Below the pieces are notes generated by a model. It was not told where the DNA came from, did no database searches, and was given only the letters and a program-made list of their open reading frames with translations. A DNA stretch of 64,000 nt, from the NCBI GenBank assembly GCA_963528515.1, contig CAURUO010000002.1:31234-95233 (forward strand). The letters run 5' to 3'. This DNA is from an uncultured Candidatus Saccharibacteria bacterium. GTDB taxonomy: Bacteria > Patescibacteriota > Saccharimonadia > Saccharimonadales > Saccharimonadaceae. The translations under genes and the position numbers were made by a program. This document shows, one piece after another, positions 57,507 to 64,000 of the stretch. Numbering within the stretch: the stretch's first letter is position 1; every line of letters starts with the position of its first letter.

Positions 57507-59147
57507 CTACAAGCGCTCTGGTGCCGCGATTCCCAAAATCGTCAGCCCCGCTTCCAATATATCAGCATACACTGCCACCAGACCGACGCGGTGCGCTTCT
57601 TTATCGCTGCCGACAACTTGATTTTTCTCATAGTAACGATTGAACTCCTGTGCCAGCTCAAACAGGTAGGCACAGACATGATGCGGCTCCAAACTTTCGG
57701 TGGCGCGGTTAACCGCCTCGGCATATTCGCTCATTTTCCTGACGAGCAGCCGATCTTCGTCGAACAATTCCGTCGGGAAAGCAACTGCTTGCTCAGATTT
57801 TGCCAAAATACCCCGCGCCCGAGCGTGTGCGTATTGCAGGTAGCTACCGGTGTTACCCGTCAAGCTAACCGCGTCATTGATGTCGAACACAACGTCGCTA
57901 CCGATTTTCACCTTCAAGAATTGATAGCGCAGCGCACCCGCCACCACCTCGTCGGTCGGCTCGCCGCCAGCTTGCTTGATGGCTTTCTTGAACTCGTTAA
58001 ACAGCCAGTCAATGGTAATCACCTCGCCGGTACGCGAACTCATTTTGCCGGTCGTTAATTTGACCAGGCCAGTCGCATAATTAAATAATTTACCTTTCAA
58101 TTCTGGAATTGCCAATTCACTAGCGGCGATCACCCCGCGGAAATACGCTGCCTGCTCCTCACCGTTGACGGTAATCGACAAATCCAAGTTTGGATAATCT
58201 TGATGCTTCAGCTGAATCAGCCCCATATCGTGTGCACCATATAATCCGTTGCCGTGCGAACCAATGAATACGTTATCAAACGCACCGTACTGGCTGCCCT
58301 TGAAGATATATGCACCATCTGATTTGGTAAAGACCTCTGGGGTTTTTGCTTTGATCAAGGCCTTGCCTGGCACTTCAGTTTCACTCTCGACATAACGCCG
58401 TTCAATTGGCACATTGCCTAGCCGCGCCACATTGGCATCAATTTCATCAAAACTCCAGGCCTTACAAATCTCGTACACCTGCTTATACAGCGGATCGTCC
58501 AGCACAAACGATTGTTTGGCTAGCTCATCAATTTCCGCCCGCGCCTCTGGCGATTCCTTGGCTGCCCGTGTACCTTTAACGTACATACGACTCATAAACT
58601 CGTTGCGCTTGTCGGCTGGAATAGCGCCTAGCTTACTGACATCGCCGTCAATTTCGCGAAGAATCGCCCACATGCTCTTGCCGACATGCGTGCCGACATC
58701 GCCGTGGTAACTGACCCGATGCACCGCCGCGCCGTCCACCGCCAGCAAGTTCGCTATGATATCCGCCAAAATCGAGTTCAGCGCGTGGCCGATGTGCATG
58801 GCTTTAAACGGATTTGGACAATTGGTCTCGATGACCACTGTTTTTCCTGCACGATTAGTCGCTGGCCGCACTTTCAGCAATTCCAACACCGCTTGGTCGC
58901 TTAACGTCACGTTGATAAAGCCCAGCCCAGCCACGCTAACCTCGCTAAACTCCTGGCGGCCGCGCAGCTCTTCGGCAATCGCCTCAGCAATCTCGCGCGG
59001 GTTTTTACCCAAGGGTTTTGCTAACTGCAGTGCCACATTCGTCGCAAAGTCACCGAACTTTGGGTCAGGGCGCGTTAACTGCACATCAACCTGCTGCTGA
59101 TACAGTTTGTCAATTATTTTCTTCAGTGTAATAACACAATCAATCAT
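57507..59147 (-). CDS. argS: Arginine--tRNA ligase
   Basis: FGDFATN, NPFKAMHIGH, KMSSRTG, YLQYAHAR, FNRYYE; start placed 7 nt after TGTTATAAT. Confidence 0.96.
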   Translation of the reverse strand: MIDCVITLKKIIDKLYQQQVDVQLTRPDPKFGDFATNVALQLAKPLGKNPREIAEAIAEELRGRQEFSEVSVAGLGFINVTLSDQAVLELLKVRPATNRAGKTVVIETNCPNPFKAMHIGHALNSILADIIANLLAVDGAAVHRVSYHGDVGTHVGKSMWAILREIDGDVSKLGAIPADKRNEFMSRMYVKGTRAAKESPEARAEIDELAKQSFVLDDPLYKQVYEICKAWSFDEIDANVARLGNVPIERRYVESETEVPGKALIKAKTPEVFTKSDGAYIFKGSQYGAFDNVFIGSHGNGLYGAHDMGLIQLKHQDYPNLDLSITVNGEEQAAYFRGVIAASELAIPELKGKLFNYATGLVKLTTGKMSSRTGEVITIDWLFNEFKKAIKQAGGEPTDEVVAGALRYQFLKVKIGSDVVFDINDAVSLTGNTGSYLQYAHARARGILAKSEQAVAFPTELFDEDRLLVRKMSEYAEAVNRATESLEPHHVCAYLFELAQEFNRYYEKNQVVGSDKEAHRVGLVAVYADILEAGLTILGIAAPERL

Positions 59148-59175
59148 AGACCATATTATAACACTTTTACTACAG

Positions 59176-59340
59176 TTAATCTTCCGCGCCGTCAAAATCT
59201 GGCTGGCGATACACCGATACTGGCGTAATATTACGAGCATGATCCGATTGCAGCACCGCTCGCAACATCGCTGTATCGTCGCTGCTCTCGTTGTAAGTTG
59301 GCTCGAAATCTTCTACTTTTTGTTTTTCTTCTTCTGCCAT
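59176..59340 (-). CDS. Small acidic hypothetical protein (54 aa)
   Basis: MAEEEKQKVEDFEPTYNESSDDTAMLRAVLQSDHARNITPVSVYRQPDFDGAED; fills the pyrG-argS gap; TTATGCTAATAT 6 nt before ATG. Confidence 0.6.
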   Translation of the reverse strand: MAEEEKQKVEDFEPTYNESSDDTAMLRAVLQSDHARNITPVSVYRQPDFDGAED

Positions 59341-59371
59341 ATTCTCATATTAGCATAACTAGTATAATTTG

Positions 59372-60970
59372 TCAAGAGACAGCCGCTCTAATCAGTCCAG
59401 CAAACAGCGGATGCGGCCGCATTGGCCGCGAACGAAACTCGGGGTGCGCTTGCGTTGCGACAAAATAGCGGCAATTTGGCGCCTCGACAAATTCGACTAG
59501 CCGCCCGTCTGGCGACAAGCCCGACACCGTCATGCCGCCGCGGGCAATCTCATCTAGAAACTGCTGGTTCACCTCATATCGGTGGCGGTGGCGCTCCTCG
59601 GTGTGATCCGACTGATATACCTTAGAAGCAAGCGACCCTGGCGTGAATACTGCTGGATAATTGCCCAGCCGCAACGTACCGCCAGTCGATTCTTTGCCCT
59701 CTTGGCCAGGCATAATATACACCACATCATGCGTCGTAGCATCGTCAAACTCCGTGCTGTTAGCATCGTCGAGCCCGGCTCGCCGCGCCGCCGCAATTAC
59801 CGCTGTCTGCAAACCTAAGCAAATCCCCAAATACGGCACATCGCGCTCAAGCGCATACTGCGCTGCCGCAATCTTGCCCTCAATCCCGCGCGGGCCAAAG
59901 CCGCCTGGCACCAGCAGAGCATCAACTGTCTCGAAATCGCGCTCGGTAACTGTTTCGGCATTGAGCCACTTGATATGCAAACCAACATTTTCATGCCAGG
60001 CCGCACTCTTGAGCGCCTCGGTCACCGATAGATAAGTATCCTTGTTTTCCATATACTTAGCAACTAAACCGACAGTCACAATATCAGCTGGTTTTTTGCT
60101 TTGCAATTGAGTTAACGCTTGCCATTTCGCGAGATTCGGCTGAGCAAAATTACCAGTGAACTTATCGAGAATGGTCATCAGCGGGCTAGCGGCTATCCGC
60201 TCGGGAATCATAAATACGGTATCGAGATTTGGCAGCATCAGCACGCCCGGCAAGTCAACGCCACCGTACAAAGCAATTTTTTGAGCAACCAACTCAGGCG
60301 CCGGCTCGTCGCTGCGGACAACCACAATCTCTGGCACAATACCAAAACCGCGCAAATCATTTAAGGCATTTTGCGCCGGCTTGCTCTTGAACTCTTTACT
60401 GGTATCAATAAACGGCACATAAACCACATGCGCGTATAAGCAGCGTTCCTTACCGATTTTGTGAGCAAATTCGCGGATCGCCTCGATGAAGCTTAACCCC
60501 TCGTAGTCGCCCACTGTACCGCCGATTTCTACGATGTGCACATCGCTGCCTTGGCCAGCCGCAATAATTGACTCTTGAATGGCATGTGTTAAGTGCGGGA
60601 TTAGCTGGACAGTTTTGCCGTGAAACTTACCAGCGCGTTCATCGGTAATCAATTCTGAGAGTAAGCGTCCCGCCAGCGTGGCGTTTTTCTGCGTCAATTC
60701 TATATCCAAAAACCGTTCGTAATGCCCGAGGTCGAGGTCGGTTTCAGCGCCATCGCGCGTCACGAAGCATTCGCCATGCTCTGCCGGATTAAGCAAACCC
60801 GCATCCACATTGAGATACGGGTCGCATTTCTGAATTGACACTTTAATACCCTTGGCTTGCAGTACCGCGCCGATGCTCGCAGCGGTGATTCCCTTACCTA
60901 CCCCCGAGAGAACGCCGCCAGTTACGAAGATATATTTTGTCTGTTTGCCCATGTATGATTGCTCTTTCAT
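59372..60970 (-). CDS. pyrG: CTP synthase
   Basis: TGGVLSGVGKG, DPYLNVD, ETDLDLGHYERF, GICLG, RHRHRYE, HPE. Confidence 0.98.
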   Translation of the reverse strand: MKEQSYMGKQTKYIFVTGGVLSGVGKGITAASIGAVLQAKGIKVSIQKCDPYLNVDAGLLNPAEHGECFVTRDGAETDLDLGHYERFLDIELTQKNATLAGRLLSELITDERAGKFHGKTVQLIPHLTHAIQESIIAAGQGSDVHIVEIGGTVGDYEGLSFIEAIREFAHKIGKERCLYAHVVYVPFIDTSKEFKSKPAQNALNDLRGFGIVPEIVVVRSDEPAPELVAQKIALYGGVDLPGVLMLPNLDTVFMIPERIAASPLMTILDKFTGNFAQPNLAKWQALTQLQSKKPADIVTVGLVAKYMENKDTYLSVTEALKSAAWHENVGLHIKWLNAETVTERDFETVDALLVPGGFGPRGIEGKIAAAQYALERDVPYLGICLGLQTAVIAAARRAGLDDANSTEFDDATTHDVVYIMPGQEGKESTGGTLRLGNYPAVFTPGSLASKVYQSDHTEERHRHRYEVNQQFLDEIARGGMTVSGLSPDGRLVEFVEAPNCRYFVATQAHPEFRSRPMRPHPLFAGLIRAAVS

Positions 60971-61019
60971 GGGCCCTTATTATAGCATAACCGCTTAGAG
61001 TACGCTATATGTAGCGTGT

Positions 61020-61193
61020 CTATTGGCAACCCTCGCACATAGTTAGTGTTGCCGGATCAATTGGCGCTGATGGCAGGCCGTCAGCTTCAGCTTTTTGATC
61101 GACTTCAGCCTGTGCTTTGGCTATCTCGCGTTCAATCGCCTCGAGTTTTTCCTCAAGCGTCATGTCGTCGTTAATTATCGCTGATGGATTCAT
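61020..61193 (-). CDS. 57-aa protein ending in CEGCQ; candidate stand-alone RNR redox-tail protein
   Basis: MNPSAIINDDMTLEEKLEAIEREIAKAQAEVDQKAEADGLPSAPIDPATLTMCEGCQ; SD AAAGGGGG 5 nt upstream; below the ORF-track cutoff. Confidence 0.8.
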   Translation of the reverse strand: MNPSAIINDDMTLEEKLEAIEREIAKAQAEVDQKAEADGLPSAPIDPATLTMCEGCQ

Positions 61194-61256
61194 TATTTCC
61201 CCCTTTACTTATATTCATTATAGGCTAATAGACCGCTTATTCAATTGCTAAAACTG

Positions 61257-62255
61257 TTACTTTACGGTGTTAACCTCATAGTTCGTATTGGTGCTTTCAA
61301 AGAAATTGACTAATTCAAGCGTATCGTTGGCCGCCGCCATCCACTTGGCTGGATTAGCTACATTGTATTCTTTCTCGAAGCCTAATTCTTCTAGGCGGCG
61401 GTCAGTCATGAACTTGACATACTGGTTCACGTAATCCGCGTTCAAGCCCAAGATACCCTTTGGCAACATGTCTTTGTTGTAAGCCTCTTCAAGCGCCACC
61501 GCCTGCAAAATCAGATCGCGAATCTCATCGGCGAATTCTTGCGTCTGCAAATCTGGGTTCTCGTCAAGAATTGTCAACAGCAGGTTAATACCGAAAGTTA
61601 AGTGCAGATTTTCATCCTTGGTAATCCAATCTAGCAAACTGCCGACATTGCGCAGCAAATTACGCCGGCGAAAACTCATGCCAACCATAAAACCGCTATA
61701 GAACCAAATACCTTCGAGCACAATATTATAAGCTACCAGATTGCGCACAAAATCTTTCTTACCCTCGGTAGTAGTAACATCCAGCTTATCATTCAGCATG
61801 CGGCCGACATACTTGGTTTGGAAATCAGACTTGTCTTTCAGGCTTTTCTTGCCGTAGCCGGCCGCGTAAATTTCTTGGCGGTCAAACGGAAACGTTTCAA
61901 TAATGTATTCAAAGGTCATAAAGTGGTTAGCTTCTTCCCACATCTGCTTCGACAGATATAAGTGCGCCTCGGCGGCATTGACGTATGGATAAATACCAAA
62001 AGCTAACGACTTATTGATAAGCAATTCGTTTGGGTTCAGATAACTGATTACCGTCTTCAACGCGTGTTTTTCGTCGTCGGTCAGCTTCTCGAACGCCGCC
62101 AAATCTTGCACTAGTTGTACTTCATTCGGGAACCAAGTGTTCGCAACTGCCTGATTATACAAATCCATCGCCCATTGGTAGCGTACTGGCTTGAGTTGCA
62201 AGCCGTCGCGCAGGCCCGATCCCAAAATACCTTGCGGTTGTGTTGTTTGCGTCAT
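61257..62255 (-). CDS. nrdB: Ribonucleotide reductase beta subunit, class Ic-type
   Basis: W.P.E, NE (ligand 1), EEANHFMTF, LEGIWFYSGF, DENLH, NFFE...TNY. Confidence 0.95.
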   Translation of the reverse strand: MTQTTQPQGILGSGLRDGLQLKPVRYQWAMDLYNQAVANTWFPNEVQLVQDLAAFEKLTDDEKHALKTVISYLNPNELLINKSLAFGIYPYVNAAEAHLYLSKQMWEEANHFMTFEYIIETFPFDRQEIYAAGYGKKSLKDKSDFQTKYVGRMLNDKLDVTTTEGKKDFVRNLVAYNIVLEGIWFYSGFMVGMSFRRRNLLRNVGSLLDWITKDENLHLTFGINLLLTILDENPDLQTQEFADEIRDLILQAVALEEAYNKDMLPKGILGLNADYVNQYVKFMTDRRLEELGFEKEYNVANPAKWMAAANDTLELVNFFESTNTNYEVNTVK

Positions 62256-62288
62256 ATTTCCTCCTTATTATTGTGATTTTATCAACGT

Positions 62289-64000
62289 TTATGATTGTTT
62301 GCGGCGGGCAAAGCCGAAACCGCTCACCCTTTTCGCGCTGTCGGTACGAACTTTCTGTACTGATTGCGACGTGACGGTGGTTTGCTCGGATTGATGGCGC
62401 GGCTTGACATGCAGATAATATGTCGTTTTCAAACCGCGGCGCCACGCTTCTGAATAGATTTCGATATATTCATCAATATCGCGCGACTCCAGGTACATAT
62501 TGCGGCTAATTGCTTGGTCGACCCATTTTTGCGCTCGCGCCGCCACCTCGATAAAAGCGTATGGACTCAGCTGAAAACTAGTTTTGTAGACATCGCGGAC
62601 TGCTTGCGGAATTTGCTCGAAACCTTGGATATCACCCTGATTCGCCAACAAGTCGTCTTTGAGAGATTCCCACAGATTAAGTTGTTTGAGTTTACGCACT
62701 AAATTAGCATTAACCTCTAGGAATTTGCCGTTGAGCGTACTGCGGCTAAAGATTTGGCTAAACTGCGGATCAAGTCCTGGCGTCGTACCTGCCACATGCG
62801 AGATATTAGCTGTCGGCGCGATCGCCATCAAAGTTGCGTTACGCATACCTTTTTTGACTTTTTGGCGCAGCGCTTCCCAATCCAGGCGCGATTTACTATC
62901 AATTTTTACCTTAACGCCGCGCTCTGTTGTAAGTTTATCAACAGTATCGACAGGCAATAAGCCCTTGCTCCAGCCGCTGCCAGCAAAGTTCGGATAACTG
63001 CCGCGCTCGGCTGCTAGATTGGCTGATTCATCAATGGCATGGTAGCTGATAAATTCAGTTAGCTGGTCAACCAGATCATAGGCAGCTTCGCTTTCATAGC
63101 TAATCTCTAGCTTCTCCAAAACATCCGATAAACCCATATAGCCGAGCCCGAGCGCTCGATTCTGCTCATTACTATGCATAGCTTCGGTAACTGGCGTGTT
63201 CGTGATATCAATCAAGTTATCTAACTGGCGCGTGGCGGAGCGCACTGATACCGCCAAACGATCCCAATCCCAAGTCTTATCAGCATTGAGAAAAGCCGAC
63301 AAATTCATACTAACCAGATTACAGGTCGCAATATTATTTTCGTCCTCGGGCAAAGTTATTTCGGTGCACAAATTACTGAGGTGGATTGTCCCGGTGTTAT
63401 TGTTGAGCGCCCGCAAATTGATGGCATCCTTCCAGGTTAGCCAAGGGTGTCCAGTCGCTTGTAGACTACTGAGAATCTGGCGGAATTGTTGGCGGGCCGG
63501 CACGACTTCGAAGCGGTTAATTTTACCAGCTTCTGCTAGTTTGATATATTCCTGGTAGCGGCGGCTAAATGCTTCGCCGTATAGTTCGTTTAAGTCGCTA
63601 ACTTCAGCTGGATCAAACAAATACCAATCCTGCCCGCCTTGCACGCGCTTCATAAACTCATCCGAAATAAACACCGCCGTATCTAGAAATCGCGTCCGCA
63701 AGTACGGATCACCCGAATTCTGGCGCAAATCGAGGAATTGCGAGAAATTAAGGTGCCAGTTCTCCATATATGCTGCCGCCGCACCCGCTTTCTTGCCCTT
63801 GCGCGACACCGCAAACAGCGCCGTATCAATCATTTTCATGAACGGAATAGGACCAGTTGACTCGGTATTGGTGGTTTTGACAGGGCTGCCAGCGGCGCGC
63901 AGCTTATTCATACTAATGCCGATACCACCAGTACCTTTAGCGATGAACATGGTATCGCGAATACTTTTGGCTATCGAAGCCATATCGTCTTGAACTTCCA
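62289..64000 (-). CDS. nrdA: Ribonucleotide reductase alpha subunit (5' part outside window)
   Basis: GGIG, SNLCTEI, TCNL, RALGLG, AIAPTA, QKWVDQAIS, GLKTTYYL. Confidence 0.97.
   Translation of the reverse strand, partial: EVQDDMASIAKSIRDTMFIAKGTGGIGISMNKLRAAGSPVKTTNTESTGPIPFMKMIDTALFAVSRKGKKAGAAAAYMENWHLNFSQFLDLRQNSGDPYLRTRFLDTAVFISDEFMKRVQGGQDWYLFDPAEVSDLNELYGEAFSRRYQEYIKLAEAGKINRFEVVPARQQFRQILSSLQATGHPWLTWKDAINLRALNNNTGTIHLSNLCTEITLPEDENNIATCNLVSMNLSAFLNADKTWDWDRLAVSVRSATRQLDNLIDITNTPVTEAMHSNEQNRALGLGYMGLSDVLEKLEISYESEAAYDLVDQLTEFISYHAIDESANLAAERGSYPNFAGSGWSKGLLPVDTVDKLTTERGVKVKIDSKSRLDWEALRQKVKKGMRNATLMAIAPTANISHVAGTTPGLDPQFSQIFSRSTLNGKFLEVNANLVRKLKQLNLWESLKDDLLANQGDIQGFEQIPQAVRDVYKTSFQLSPYAFIEVAARAQKWVDQAISRNMYLESRDIDEYIEIYSEAWRRGLKTTYYLHVKPRHQSEQTTVTSQSVQKVRTDSAKRVSGFGFARRKQS

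Noticed and set aside
62155..62445. Alternative-frame ORF supplying the NrdA Cys tail by frameshift
   Set aside because: It has no terminal CxxC and runs into nrdB out of frame

Overview
Core-genome window of a reduced bacterium that looks like a Patescibacteria/CPR member, most likely Saccharibacteria (TM7). This is inferred from gene content: a full type IV pilus operon without pilQ, a degenerate DHH protein, many Pro/Gln-rich membrane-anchored orphans, and many apparently leaderless genes. Standard genetic code 11 is used. The window holds the 5' part of ndk, a XerC/D-type recombinase, a 13-gene type IV pilus cluster, translation genes (ychF, efp, rpsF-ssb-rpsR, rpsO, rpsT, truB, argS), RNA-decay genes (rnj, pnp, orn), replication/repair genes (ftsK, holA, mutM, polA, dnaG, UDG), rpoD, pyrH, pyrG, mscL, a CorA transporter and a class Ic nrdAB. 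Small accessory islands lie between these. Top findings: (1) NrdA lacks its C-terminal redox cysteine pair, while an unannotated 57-aa ORF just downstream of nrdB ends in ...PIDPATLTMCEGCQ, suggesting the RNR re-reduction tail is supplied in trans. (2) A ~570-nt transcription unit at 55550-56135 consists almost entirely of back-to-back hairpins, yet carries a 102-aa ORF with a strong, sequesterable SD; it sits next to a divergent CCA/poly(A)-polymerase-type nucleotidyltransferase. (3) ~100-bp palindromic elements lie in frame inside mutM and polA. No rRNA, tRNA, CRISPR array or transposase was recognised.
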